DNA from: Candidatus Latescibacterota bacterium
GTDB taxonomy: Bacteria > Latescibacterota > UBA2968 > GCA-2709665
Length of the DNA stretch: 64,000 nt
Assembly (NCBI GenBank): GCA_965205485.1
Contig: OZ242180.1
Coordinates: forward strand, 5,061,461 to 5,125,460
Direction of reading: 5' to 3'
Shown here: positions 30,101-39,187 of the stretch, piece after piece
How the letters are laid out: every line of letters starts with the position of its first letter
Numbering within the stretch: position 1 is the first letter of the stretch
Made by a program: the position numbers and the translations under genes
The notes under the pieces: model-generated
The model's database searches: none
Told to the model about the DNA's origin: nothing
What the model saw: only the letters and a program-made list of their open reading frames with translations

Positions 30101-31115
30101 CGCAAGGCTGGGACGGAACGTGGAACTCGCCCTTTCCGGAATTCCGGGGCTGTACGACGTGAAATCCAGCCTCCAGCGCGGGAGCCCGGAAGTACAGATC
30201 GTCTACCGGCGCGACCTGCTTGCATCCTACGGTCTGAATCTGCGAAGCGTTGCCACGCTGGTCCGGGAGAAAGTGCAGGGAGACGTGGTCACCCGGTTCA
30301 GGGAGGCCGATCGCCGCATCGACGTTCTCGTTCGCGTGGACGAATCCGATCGGTCCGGCGTGTCGGATCTGAAACGCCTGGTTGTCAACCCCGAGGGCGA
30401 AGCCCCGATCTACCTTTCCGCCGTGGCCGACATCCAGGTGCGGGAGGGCCCCAGCGAGATCCGGCGCATCGACCAGCAGCGCGCGGTGCTGGTTTCCGCA
30501 AACGTCGCCGGTATCGATCTGGGAACCGCAACGGGGCTGATCCAGCAGGCCCTGGAGAGCGTCGACATCCCCGCGGACGTGTCCTTCGTCATCGGGGGCC
30601 AGAACCGCGAGATGCAGACATCGTTGCAGAGCCTGATCTTCGCGCTTTGCCTGGCCGTCTTTCTGGTCTACATCGTCATGGCCTCCCAGTTCGAATCCTT
30701 CGTCCATCCCTTCGTCATCATATTTACGATTCCCCTGGCGCTGATCGGCGTACTGTTCACGCTCTACGTAACCGGCATCTCGTTCAGCGTCGTGGTTTTC
30801 CTGGGCCTTATCATGCTGGCCGGAATCGTCGTGAACAACGCCATCGTCTTTGTCGATTACATCAACCACCTGCGCGACAACGGCCTGTCCAGGACCGATG
30901 CGATCGTACAGGCCGGCTCGGTGCGGCTGCGTCCGATTCTGATGACCACCGCAACCACCGTTCTGGGACTCCTGCCCATGGCGCTGGGCCTGGGGGAGGG
31001 ATCTGAAATCCGCACCCCCATGGCCATTACCGTTGTTGCCGGGCTTATCAGCTCCACCGCGCTCACGCTCATCGTCATCCCAACCGTCTATTCACTCCTG
31101 GATCGAGGGGATTGA
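27138..31115 (+). CDS. RND efflux permease (AcrB/AcrD/AcrF family), unusually long at about 1325 aa
   Basis: RRPVA, PDISYP, GMLVDNSIVVLE, ASQFES, GIVVNNAIV, RLRPILMT. Confidence 0.95.
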   Translation: MDDDSTPRNPLSRARDQVSRTFEITTRRPVAIFMVVLAVAVFGYISYQQLPLTLMPDISYPTLTIRTDYPDTAPEEVENLISRQIEQRLGVVNNLASIVSISRAGMSDVILEFGWDTDMNDAVQTVRENLDRLNMPRGVNKPLILRYDPTQDPIMRIGLYGDADLYALRLIAEEEIKQALEAMKGVAAARVHGGLEEEIRVEINERQLALMGFGIGDINRRLREENVNLAGGSLLDGQTQYMVRTLNEFRTVDEIRDLVIGQKGGADIRLKDVSDVVRGHKDREIITRVNGVESVEIDIFKEADANIVATAQRVRDRLFGTPEQLAYVERLKAGEIKRAEATDRAAQVRQFVKLKEMTSFIAYSLPSGMQVEVLSDQSQFIKRSIDEVKQTAIIGGILAILVLYVFLRNPSHTGIVSLAIPISIVATFAPMKIFGVSLNIMSLGGMALGIGMLVDNSIVVLESIFRCREEGDDIVTAAVRGTGEVGGAVFASTLTTVAVFFPIVFVEGVAGQVFGDMSLTVVFSLVASLAVALFFIPMLASRQIRIAGSGGAGSTIGDMFNSELLQFSSLARLKELAGDRSPKRLPALALRGLVYVLWLVFEFIWRTLWVVLAILIVVLKAALVILAPILYYPFAALVLKIGRKPAHAWRDMCAWSGNPTPFGSRIVQAIWHDLLVFNAPVPLGEGFAGCFRWTWNAVRRTCRWPMRNRGLATIPRFPAAGAGVLLLCSLFVLGPVYVVVRFFIFQLLSLLGKLLILLLMMTFPLGLTVVSLLAAVAVPLLTPVIHAFEVGFGAISRVYPSTIRWALNNRLAIVVMAILPFVFCWYVLVPHIGRELIPAVHHGEFDLELAMPVGTPLERTQETVADVESRVLDESGVARIATVVGVDKTSVSTSDQGEHTSRVTIVVSDETTNGAGGPGPFWQDLPERVWAGISGNTFLARREADLMSRLRDSLGDLPQVTVDFSRPAMFTFKTPVELEIRGYDLDDLARLGRNVELALSGIPGLYDVKSSLQRGSPEVQIVYRRDLLASYGLNLRSVATLVREKVQGDVVTRFREADRRIDVLVRVDESDRSGVSDLKRLVVNPEGEAPIYLSAVADIQVREGPSEIRRIDQQRAVLVSANVAGIDLGTATGLIQQALESVDIPADVSFVIGGQNREMQTSLQSLIFALCLAVFLVYIVMASQFESFVHPFVIIFTIPLALIGVLFTLYVTGISFSVVVFLGLIMLAGIVVNNAIVFVDYINHLRDNGLSRTDAIVQAGSVRLRPILMTTATTVLGLLPMALGLGEGSEIRTPMAITVVAGLISSTALTLIVIPTVYSLLDRGD

Positions 31116-31270
31116 CGCCCGAAACACGGAACTCCCGCGGGATCCGTACCGCAAACGCCTCATTTCCGCGACGTATCGCGGGTCCGCATTCACGGAAGTT
31201 TTCACTTTCCTTTTCCGCAAGATTCTGTTTTCTTTTTGTTCCGTCAACAGCGGTGCGAGGCAATTTCCCC

Positions 31271-31298
31271 GTAACTTTTCTCATTCTGCGCTGTCTAA
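31271..31298 (+). promoter_or_regulatory. ECF (RpoE/AlgU-like) promoter candidate upstream of the TolC-family gene
   Basis: GTAACTT-16 nt-TCTAA, close to the GAACTT-N16-TCTAA consensus. Confidence 0.5.
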
Positions 31299-31433
31299 TT
31301 TAATGGCCGGCGTCACGCCGGTCCTGCCGCTGTCGTGGAGAGTCGATCCGGCGGCCGGACTTTCCGGTTGTGCGTCTTTTTCCACGAGATCGAAAAACCT
31401 GCGAGAGTTCAGATGATTACAGGAGCGCCCGGT

Positions 31434-32810
31434 ATGTCATACGTGCTGAAGACAGCGCTGCTATTCACCATCGCCGCAATCGTCTCCGCGCCGGTCTCGG
31501 CGGAGGAGGCGGCAACCAAAGACATGCATCTCAGCCTCTCGGAATGCATCGAAATCGCCTTGGGAAACAACACGTCAATTACGCAATCCCGCTTCTCGAG
31601 GGAGATCGCCGTCGCCCAGATCGATGCGCGCCGCAGCGCCTTCCTGCCATCCCTGGGCAGCAACTACCGCATATCCAGAAGCGTGACCGGGCCAAGGGAA
31701 GGCGCCATATTCGATCAGACCACCCAGACAATCGTTACCACCCTGGGCGAAGACCGCGTGGGCGGGTCCCAATCCGTTGGATCGAGTCTGAGTATCACCA
31801 TTTTCAACGCCGGCCAGCTCGCGAATCTGGCGGCCAGCAAGAAGAGTGCGCGGGCTGCCGAGATGGACCTTTCCGGAAGCCGGCAGCAGACGATTTTTCT
31901 TGTGAAACAGCGATATTTCACTCTTTTGCAGAGAGTCGAGCAGCTGGATCTGGCCAAAGAACAGGTGAGCGTTTCTGAAGAGAGCCTGCGGCGCGAAAAG
32001 ACAATGTATGAAATCGGGTCCCGCACGATCGCGGACGTCCTGAGCGCGGAGTCTCAACTGGCGGGCGATCGCGTCGCGCTGATCGCCCGGGAAAACGACG
32101 TGGCCATCGCCCGTTCTCAGCTTGCGTTTTCCCTTGGCCTCAGTCCCGACGTCAACGTAACGCCGACTGAGACGAATTTTTCCGTCGCGCCGCCGCCCAT
32201 CACGTACCGGGAGTCGTTGGATCGGGCGCAGAAGGGGCATCCTGAGATTCTGGCGCAAAAGCATCGAATGCTTGCAAGCAGGGATCAACTAAAGGCTACA
32301 AAGTACAGCGTACGCTTTCCAAGTATAACAGGCAGCGCAGGGTACGGCTGGCAGCTGAACCGGGGCGAGGGTTTTGCCGGCGTAGAAGACCTATTCGTCA
32401 AAAACTACTCTTACAATGCTGGCATCAACATCAACATGTCGATCTTCAACGGGCTGACTGCGGAAAACAACATCAAGGTCCAGAAGCTGGAGTACCTGAG
32501 AAGCCGGGAGCAGTTGGACCAGGCCAGACGTCAGCGAACCATGGATATCAGGCTGTCATTCCTGAACCTCGAACGGCTGCGGCGAAGTATAACCGCCAAT
32601 GAAGCTGCGGTGAAGGCCGCTGAAGAAAACTTCAGGCTTCAGGACCAGCGGTACAACCTGGGCGGCGGCACATTTCTGGAACGTCAACAGGCGCAGCTTC
32701 AACTTTTTACGGCCCGCAACCAGCTTGTTCAGGACAGATTCCAGTATCAGATCGAAATGGCTCAACTGGAGCAGCACGTAGGGGGCCCCCTTGTTCAAAC
32801 CGACGAATGA
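31434..32810 (+). CDS. TolC family outer membrane efflux protein
   Basis: Signal peptide, LSLSECIEIALGNN, FLPSL, two OEP repeats (YEIG / YNLG). AGGAG RBS. Confidence 0.9.
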   Translation: MSYVLKTALLFTIAAIVSAPVSAEEAATKDMHLSLSECIEIALGNNTSITQSRFSREIAVAQIDARRSAFLPSLGSNYRISRSVTGPREGAIFDQTTQTIVTTLGEDRVGGSQSVGSSLSITIFNAGQLANLAASKKSARAAEMDLSGSRQQTIFLVKQRYFTLLQRVEQLDLAKEQVSVSEESLRREKTMYEIGSRTIADVLSAESQLAGDRVALIARENDVAIARSQLAFSLGLSPDVNVTPTETNFSVAPPPITYRESLDRAQKGHPEILAQKHRMLASRDQLKATKYSVRFPSITGSAGYGWQLNRGEGFAGVEDLFVKNYSYNAGININMSIFNGLTAENNIKVQKLEYLRSREQLDQARRQRTMDIRLSFLNLERLRRSITANEAAVKAAEENFRLQDQRYNLGGGTFLERQQAQLQLFTARNQLVQDRFQYQIEMAQLEQHVGGPLVQTDE

Positions 32811-32852
32811 AGCAAACCAGGAGTAAAGCGCCATTTGATTTCCGGAGGATTT

Positions 32853-33317
32853 ATGTACATGCGAAAACGCGCCTTCACACTCGCCGTTGCCTGCGTCACG
32901 GTTCTTGTCTCGGCAGTTCCCACGCAGGCGCAGCAGAAAACGAAGGACTTCCTCTATTCCAAGAAGTTTTATGGCGCGCTTTCGCTGGGGGCGAGCATCT
33001 GGTTCTTCACGGAGGCGCACGCCTCCAGGAAGAACGCGAACGACACGTACCAACAGTACAGAACGGCGACCTCCTCCCAGACGGCGGAAGACCTCTACAA
33101 CGAAAGCAAGTCCGACGACACCAGGGCCGCCATCATGCTTGGCCTCGGCCTCGGCACCCTGGCGTACTCGGTCCATCTCTTTCTTTCCGATGAAGGCGAG
33201 GAGCTTCCGCCCCCTGAAAAGAATGCCAACCTCGTTGAAATGAAGGGCATAGGCGTGGCTGTCAACGGTGACCTCAAGACCAGAGGCGTAAGACTAAAAC
33301 TCAACAAGTCATTTTAA
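32853..33317 (+). CDS. Hypothetical exported/membrane protein
   Basis: GGAGG RBS, signal peptide, two hydrophobic segments, C-terminal beta-strand ending in F. Confidence 0.7.
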   Translation: MYMRKRAFTLAVACVTVLVSAVPTQAQQKTKDFLYSKKFYGALSLGASIWFFTEAHASRKNANDTYQQYRTATSSQTAEDLYNESKSDDTRAAIMLGLGLGTLAYSVHLFLSDEGEELPPPEKNANLVEMKGIGVAVNGDLKTRGVRLKLNKSF

Positions 33318-33480
33318 CGTCCCCGCTCGCGTACTTGGAAACAACCCCTCAAAGACGGGAGCGGGGTTACGGGTCGGCAAGACCGCCGATCGCGAACCAC
33401 GCAGCCGTAAGCCGATATCTCACGATGTCGGCTTTCGCATTTGCCCGATCCGGATTCTGCCGCGCCGCTGACGTGAATTA

Positions 33481-33509
33481 TTGACTGCAAGTCGCCGAAC
33501 TCCTAATGT
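33481..33509 (+). promoter_or_regulatory. sigma70-type promoter candidate
   Basis: TTGACT-17 nt-TAATGT. Confidence 0.45.
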
Positions 33510-33563
33510 TTCGACAACCCCGGATCGCGTACGGGACGGTACGAGGTGGGGACGAGGTGTCAA

Positions 33564-33725
33564 ATGCGGCTGCTTGCTCGCACCCTGCAACTGGCGGGTC
33601 TGATTTACATGGGGTACGGCCTGTTCGTCGGCCTTTACGAAGAAGACATTGGCCGGGAGCTGCGCCTTGCCATCATCGGCGGTCTGATTTTTCTGGCCGG
33701 CTGGCTGCTGCAGAAGCGCGCATGA
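33564..33725 (+). CDS. 53-aa two-TM small membrane protein (absent from the ORF track)
   Basis: MRLLARTLQLAGLIYMGYGLFVGLYEEDIGRELRLAIIGGLIFLAGWLLQKRA. GAGGTG RBS, GC3-rich codons. Confidence 0.75.
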   Translation: MRLLARTLQLAGLIYMGYGLFVGLYEEDIGRELRLAIIGGLIFLAGWLLQKRA

Positions 33726-33807
33726 ACGCGAGCCAGGGGTCCGCGCGCCACGACGGTTTGCTGAATGTCGAATCCCGCCCACCGGCGCCGCCCACGTCTT
33801 AAACCTC

Positions 33808-33836
33808 TTGACAACAACCGATCTGGAACCTAATCT
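33808..33836 (+). promoter_or_regulatory. sigma70-type promoter
   Basis: TTGACA-17 nt-TAATCT. Confidence 0.65.
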
Positions 33837-33976
33837 CATATGGAGCGCCGACGCGGGGTCGGAATCGGGCCAAGAGCGGAAACCCGGATTCGTTTCGGGT
33901 TCCGGGGCACCTGGTGGATACGGCCTGGCCTGTCGCCGGGTGGCAATTGAAATCATCCGAACAGGAGACGAATTGC

Positions 33977-34423
33977 GTGGCCAAACAGAAACGCAGGCAG
34001 ACGTCGGTCCTGTTGATCCCCGATGACGGTTCCCGTACCGTCGTGTTGAAATTCGGCTACTGGACGCTGAGGGTGCTGACCGGCACGCTTCTCCTGCTTC
34101 TTGTCCTGCTGGTCCTGGAATTCGCCTTCATCTGGAAGATTCAGGAGTGGAGACAGACGGCGCGCACGCTCACGGAAGAAAACAGAAGGCTGCACGCGGA
34201 AGTGGCCCGGGTAGAAGAACTGGCGCTCGCGCTGAAGAGGATCCAGGGAACCGATCAGAAACTGCGTCAGATGCTGTTGCCCGATTCCGGATTGGCGCCG
34301 GCGGCATACGAGAAAACCGGTTCAACGACGCGCCCGCCGGGGAATGGAAAGGAAGGCGCGCCGGTTACCGGCGCAGGTAAGCGCTCGCCGGTGTCGCCAG
34401 GCGATTCCATCATTTCCAGATGA
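33977..34423 (+). CDS. TM + coiled-coil protein resembling the N-terminal half of bactofilin-associated M23 peptidases
   Basis: GTG start with AGGAG RBS. SVLLIPDDG..TM..coiled coil..DQKLRQML; no M23 HxxxD/HxH motifs. Confidence 0.6.
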   Translation: MAKQKRRQTSVLLIPDDGSRTVVLKFGYWTLRVLTGTLLLLLVLLVLEFAFIWKIQEWRQTARTLTEENRRLHAEVARVEELALALKRIQGTDQKLRQMLLPDSGLAPAAYEKTGSTTRPPGNGKEGAPVTGAGKRSPVSPGDSIISR

Positions 34424-34568
34424 ATCCGGTATGATGGGTGAAGGCGTCACTGGTCTTTCAGCGGCACAGTCAGCCAGCCTTCGGTGCAGGTATTCGGCAG
34501 CGCAGCGCAAAGCTGGTTGAATTCTCAGAAGTCAGGAACCGGGTAAACACGCTCAAGCGGGCATTGAA

Positions 34569-34988
34569 ATGTTAGGGTTCAAACAGAAGCTGGAAAAGGA
34601 AGCCATCAAAACGGTGATTGGCAAGGACACGGTAATGGAAGGTTCTGTAAAATCCGAAGAAAGTATCCGTCTGGACGGGACGCTCAAGGGCGAGTTACAT
34701 GCCTCCGGCACCCTCGTCATTGGGCCTTCCGGAAAAATTGAAGCCCAAATCGTCAGGGTGAGAGACGCGGTCATCGGCGGGGAAGTCTCGGGAAATCTTG
34801 AAGCGGAAGGCAGCGTCAAGCTGGAAGCCAGCGCCGTTTTTGCGGGAGATATCGCCGCGCGTTCGATCGTCGTCGAAGAGGGGGCCGTCATCAAGGGCAA
34901 GTGTACCGCCGGCGATGACAGCGAGTTGACGCCGGCGGCCGAGACGCGGGAATTCGACGACGCCGAGCCGGAAGAGGCATCGCTCTGA
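34569..34988 (+). CDS. Bactofilin (polymer-forming cytoskeletal protein)
   Basis: TVIGKDTVMEG, IRLDG, LVIGPSG, IGGEVSGN, VEEGAVIKG. Confidence 0.93.
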   Translation: MLGFKQKLEKEAIKTVIGKDTVMEGSVKSEESIRLDGTLKGELHASGTLVIGPSGKIEAQIVRVRDAVIGGEVSGNLEAEGSVKLEASAVFAGDIAARSIVVEEGAVIKGKCTAGDDSELTPAAETREFDDAEPEEASL

Positions 34989-35083
34989 ACGCAACGTGCG
35001 TCCGAAAAACAGATCAAGGCGTTTGCGGTTTCATCTCGCAAACGCCTTTGTCATTATTCCGGTTCCGATCGACCCTCAGCTTG

Positions 35084-35245
35084 GAAGCCGTCTAAAAATT
35101 ACCGGTGAGTTCCCGAGCACGAGCGAAAAAGTGGCGGTCAAGGCGGGAAAACCCGCCCAAATTTGTCTACACGGGTGGGTTTGACCAACGCCGAACGGCG
35201 CTTTTGCAGCCGTGCGAAGACCGCTGGGAATTTTAAGACGGCTTC
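35084..35245. mobile_element. MITE family A, copy 1
   Basis: 17-bp TIRs GAAGCCGTCTAAAAATT / AATTTTAAGACGGCTTC. Body shared with 41846-42055. Right flank TTA is the hflX stop. Confidence 0.8.
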
Positions 35246-36547
35246 TTAACGCTTGATCCGAAACCTTCCATCCGGCAGAAGACGCCTGGTATTCTGCCGG
35301 CTCAGCTTAACCTCCAGAAGCACGTCGTTTCCTTCATAGGCTGTATTCAGTATTTCGCCCACCCGATACAATTCCGAGAGCAGCTTTCCCTCCGCCTGTG
35401 GAATGCGCAGATTCATCACCGTTCGCTGGCCCTCGAGCCGGTCGTAAACCGCCCATCGCAGGTCGTCCAGGCCCCGCCCTTCCTGCGCGGAGACCCAGAT
35501 GCCTTCGGGAAATTCGGCCTGCAGGCGACGCCGCATCCCCGGGTCGCCAAACCGGTCGATCTTGTTGAAAGCCATCAACGTGGGATACTCCGCAATGCCC
35601 AGACCCTGAAGCGTTTCATACACCGACGCAATCTGGTCTTCGCATCTGGGATGACTGACGTCTACAACATGAAGCAAAAGGTCCGCATCCACCGCCTCCT
35701 CGAGGGTGCTCCTGAACGATGCGACCAGGTGATGAGGAAGCTTTCGAATGAACCCAACCGTATCCGTAAGCAACACCTCTCGATTATACCCCAGAAATAC
35801 CCGGCGGGTCGTGGAATCCAGCGTTGCGAACAAGCGGTCTTCCACCAGAACGTCGGCGCCCGAAAGTGCGCGCATCAACGTTGACTTTCCGGCATTCGTA
35901 TAGCCCACCAGAGAGACACGAAACGTATCCGTACGCTGTTTACGGCCGAGCACGCGGCGCCGCGAGATTCTGTTCAGCGCTCGAGTGAGTACCCCGATCC
36001 GACTCCGCAGCGCCCGGCGGTCCACCTCCAGCTGGGTCTCGCCCGGCCCCCGCGTGCCGATTCCGCCCGTTGTTCCGCCGTGGCCGGCCTGGCGCGACAG
36101 ATGCGTCCACCGGCGCGTCAGACGCGGCAGCAGATAGTTGAGCTGCGCCAACTCCACCTGTGTCTGTGCTTCGCGGGTTTTCGCGCGGCCGGCGAAAATG
36201 TCCAGAATCAGCCGGCTCCTGTCGATTACGTTGACTCCCGCGAGTTCTTCCAGGTTCTTGAACTGGGCGGGCGACAGGTCATCGTCGAAAATCACGAGTT
36301 GCGCGCTCAGTTGCTTTACGCGGAGCCCAAGCTCCTCAGCCTTGCCCCGACCGATAAAAAAAGCCGGATCGATGCGTTCCCGCTCCTGCACCATCCGGTC
36401 CACAACCTGCGCACCCGCCGTATCCGCGAGCAATGCAAGTTCATTCAACGTGTCGTTCGCATCCCTGGACGTGTCGCCGGCAAGCGCCATTCCAACCAGA
36501 ATCGCGCGTTCCGGCTCCTTCCTGGTGACACCTTCATGCACTGCCAA
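35246..36547 (-). CDS. hflX: GTPase HflX
   Basis: FIGRGK, ILDIFA, GPGETQLEVDRR, GYTNAGKSTL, LFATLD, DTVGFI, NKID. Confidence 0.97.
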   Translation of the reverse strand: MAVHEGVTRKEPERAILVGMALAGDTSRDANDTLNELALLADTAGAQVVDRMVQERERIDPAFFIGRGKAEELGLRVKQLSAQLVIFDDDLSPAQFKNLEELAGVNVIDRSRLILDIFAGRAKTREAQTQVELAQLNYLLPRLTRRWTHLSRQAGHGGTTGGIGTRGPGETQLEVDRRALRSRIGVLTRALNRISRRRVLGRKQRTDTFRVSLVGYTNAGKSTLMRALSGADVLVEDRLFATLDSTTRRVFLGYNREVLLTDTVGFIRKLPHHLVASFRSTLEEAVDADLLLHVVDVSHPRCEDQIASVYETLQGLGIAEYPTLMAFNKIDRFGDPGMRRRLQAEFPEGIWVSAQEGRGLDDLRWAVYDRLEGQRTVMNLRIPQAEGKLLSELYRVGEILNTAYEGNDVLLEVKLSRQNTRRLLPDGRFRIKR

Positions 36548-36790
36548 TAGAAGGATCTCCTCCCGGGCATTCAGCGGCGCGCCGGGCGCCTGGCTCTAAC
36601 TATGATTCGTCAGTCTTCGGGTACGTTAATTCGAAATTGTGCGATTTAATAAAGGCGATTAAACTGCTGATTACCAGGATACACCAAGTCACTTGACGTG
36701 AACGGAATAAACGTCGTTCCGGACGACCATTTCGGCCCGTTTCGAAAGGTATCGCCGCGATGCCGCGTTGCGGTTTCTGGTGGTTTGAGG

Positions 36791-37573
36791 CTAACTGCGG
36801 GTTCCGGATTGTCGTTCCGCCCTGGGGGAAAGCGCCTGGAGCTGATCCCGAAGCTGCGCGGCTCGTTCGAAATCCTCAATGGCAACAGCCTCGCTGAGTT
36901 GTTCCTTAAGGTCTTGAAAAAGGGGCCTCGGCCGATCCTTTTGGATCTCTTCCGCCCACTCCTTCAAGAATACGACCTCTTCGCTGTCGTCCACCAGGTC
37001 GGGCCGGTCGTAGTCCTTGTAAAAGCCCTGGATCTCCTCGATACCGTTGTTGATTTCCAGAAGCGCCCGATCGAAATTCTCAGCTTCCAGTTCCTGAAGA
37101 ACCACCGCGCGCACACGATGCCCTATCACAAAGGGTCTGTATTGCTCGAGGACCATGCTGTCTTCTTCTTCACGCGCGAACTCCTTGACGAAGTCGAACA
37201 TGTCGAGGTTTCGCTGAGCATCCTCCTGGGCAAGTCGATATTCACCGAGCTCCAGAAAACTGATTCGACGGTGGTAATACTGGAGCCCTTCAACCTGAAG
37301 CGTAAGGCAGACATCGGGATCGAGGTTGAACGACTTCGAGTCCCGCAGCGCCGTCCCCGCCTGCTCCTTGTAATAGTGGAGCAGAGACTCATATCCGTGA
37401 GGACGCTGCCCGTCAGGGCGTCCGGCGACCTCCATCTGCAGGATCCCCATCTCCACACGGAGCTGGATCTTTTCCCTGCCGTCCCTCCCCTTGATTCTCC
37501 TCACACAGAGTTTGTCGGGCTCGAACGGCCAGCTGTCCAGAAGCGGCTGAATGTCATCCATCCCCATAGACAT
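36791..37573 (-). CDS. UvrB/UvrC (UVR) motif-containing conserved protein
   Basis: IQLRVEMGILQMEVAGRPDGQRPHG, QYYHRR, C-terminal AVAIEDFERAAQLRDQL. GGAGG RBS. Confidence 0.82.
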   Translation of the reverse strand: MSMGMDDIQPLLDSWPFEPDKLCVRRIKGRDGREKIQLRVEMGILQMEVAGRPDGQRPHGYESLLHYYKEQAGTALRDSKSFNLDPDVCLTLQVEGLQYYHRRISFLELGEYRLAQEDAQRNLDMFDFVKEFAREEEDSMVLEQYRPFVIGHRVRAVVLQELEAENFDRALLEINNGIEEIQGFYKDYDRPDLVDDSEEVVFLKEWAEEIQKDRPRPLFQDLKEQLSEAVAIEDFERAAQLRDQLQALSPRAERQSGTRS

Positions 37574-37631
37574 CTTCCTCCAGATTCCCGCATGAGCCCG
37601 GAATATCACGGGCATTCCGGGTTCCTTTGTG

Positions 37632-37660
37632 ATTTTACCATAACGCCCCGACATTGTCAA
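37632..37660 (-). promoter_or_regulatory. Near-consensus sigma70 promoter
   Basis: TTGACA-17 nt-TAAAAT with TGn extended -10. Confidence 0.75.
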
Positions 37661-37702
37661 GGCTTTTGACCGTACAGATACTGCACGCCGAACGCCGGCC
37701 AG

Positions 37703-37862
37703 CAGTCCGTTGATAAAGTCGCTCTGCAGGCGAGGCCGAGCCATTGCGGACGAAGACAAGGCGCGCGACCGAGTCCCATCCCTCGATTCGGCGAGGGAGC
37801 GCAACGCAGTATTTCGACCGCAAGGGCCGGCCGTAGCCCGGATGGGCTTTTTCAACGGGCTG
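37703..37862. mobile_element. MITE family B, copy 1 (160 bp)
   Basis: TIRs CAGTCCGTTGATAAAG / CTTTTTCAACGGGCTG. Near-identical to 58572-58731. Right flank CTAG contains the aminotransferase stop. Confidence 0.85.
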
Positions 37863-39167
37863 CTAGAGGTTCGCGACAACCGACCGGATCGCCGCACGCA
37901 CCAGATTCAACTCCTCGTCGCCATGAGTCAGGCCCACGTACCAGCGACCGTCGGGCAACAACTGTATACCCTCCTCCAGCATGCCGGCCCGGAACCGGTC
38001 GTAAAGCGCCATATCCGTTTTCTTCAGTTCCCGATAGTCCGCGGGTGGAGCCTGAACGCCAAAGTGAACGTTGAAGACCGTACCTGCTCCCGAAATACAC
38101 ACCGGTATTCCCCGGCAGGCCGCGGCCGATTCTATCGCCTGCCGAATCGCGTATCCATGCCCATGCATCTGCCGGAAGGCCACGGGATTTGAGCCAAGAA
38201 TCCTCACCGTCGCAAGCCCGGCGGCCAGATTGACCGTACTGCCGTTATACGTTCCCGCGTGGATCGTCGCACCGTTTCTGAGTACGTCGAACATCCTCCG
38301 CGAGCCCGCCACGGCGGAAAGCGTGAAGCCGCCGGCCAGGGCCTTTGCGTAGACCGACAGATCGGGGATAACGTTGAAGTATTCCCGCGCGCCGCCGAGG
38401 GCAAGGCGGAAACCGGTTATAACTTCGTCGAATATCGAAACCGCGCCGTAGCTCCGGCACAGGTCGACCATTCCCTTCAGGAACCCCTCCCCGGGCATGA
38501 TGGATCCGGAGTTGGCCAGCACCGGCTCGGTGATCACCGCCGCGATTTCCCCGCCCCGCCTGGCGAACAGGCCTTCCAGCAGGTCGAAACGGTTCCACGG
38601 AAGCGTCACCGTGTCCGCGAACTCGGCCGCAGGCTGGCCGCCGCAGGCGGCCACAACCCGGGGCGCTTCCGGGGCGCCCAGCGCTTCGTCGGATTCGTGA
38701 TAGCTCACCAGAATATTGTTCAACCAGCCGTGGTAGTGTCCCTCGAATTTGACGAATTTCACCCGTCCGGTGGCCGCGCGTGCAAGCCGCAGAGCCGCCT
38801 GCACGGCTTCGGAACCCGTATTCGAAAAAATCACCTGGTCCACGCCGGGAAGCGTTTCCACCAGCAGTTTCGCGAACGCAACCTCCCCGGGATGCTGGGC
38901 GCCCAGGGTGTATGAATTCCGGACCGCCGCCGTCACCGCAGCGTTCAGCTCCGGGTGGTTCGACCCCAGGATCAACGGCCCCCACGCCAATGTGTAGTCC
39001 AGCAACCGGTTCCCGTCCACGTCGTAGTAATACGGTCCCTCCGCCCGGTCGAAGAACAGCGGCGGCGAGGTCACGGCGCGCCTCATCCCGGAAGACACAC
39101 CCATCGCGAGGTAGCGGGAACTCGCATCGAAAAGCGCCGTGGATCGCGCGGTATTCATCGCGGTCAT
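37863..39167 (-). CDS. Class III PLP aminotransferase (GSA-aminomutase/HemL-like)
   Basis: DVDGN, NTGSEA, FEGHYHG, FDEVITGFR, YAKALAGG, HAGTYNG. Confidence 0.9.
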   Translation of the reverse strand: MTAMNTARSTALFDASSRYLAMGVSSGMRRAVTSPPLFFDRAEGPYYYDVDGNRLLDYTLAWGPLILGSNHPELNAAVTAAVRNSYTLGAQHPGEVAFAKLLVETLPGVDQVIFSNTGSEAVQAALRLARAATGRVKFVKFEGHYHGWLNNILVSYHESDEALGAPEAPRVVAACGGQPAAEFADTVTLPWNRFDLLEGLFARRGGEIAAVITEPVLANSGSIMPGEGFLKGMVDLCRSYGAVSIFDEVITGFRLALGGAREYFNVIPDLSVYAKALAGGFTLSAVAGSRRMFDVLRNGATIHAGTYNGSTVNLAAGLATVRILGSNPVAFRQMHGHGYAIRQAIESAAACRGIPVCISGAGTVFNVHFGVQAPPADYRELKKTDMALYDRFRAGMLEEGIQLLPDGRWYVGLTHGDEELNLVRAAIRSVVANL

Positions 39168-39187
39168 TCCTCTTCGGTTGCCGGCAT

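Noticed and set aside
34421..34568. Stop read-through or frameshift restoring an M23 domain
   Set aside because: Another in-frame stop follows within six codons, and the space is too short for the domain.
37635..37897. Short ORFs MRSKYCVALPRRIEGWDS... seen twice in the ORF track
   Set aside because: They are translations of MITE family B, not genes.
37863..39167. hemL assignment
   Set aside because: It lacks the PGGVNSPVR signature (reads MGVSSGMR) and has no heme-pathway neighbours.
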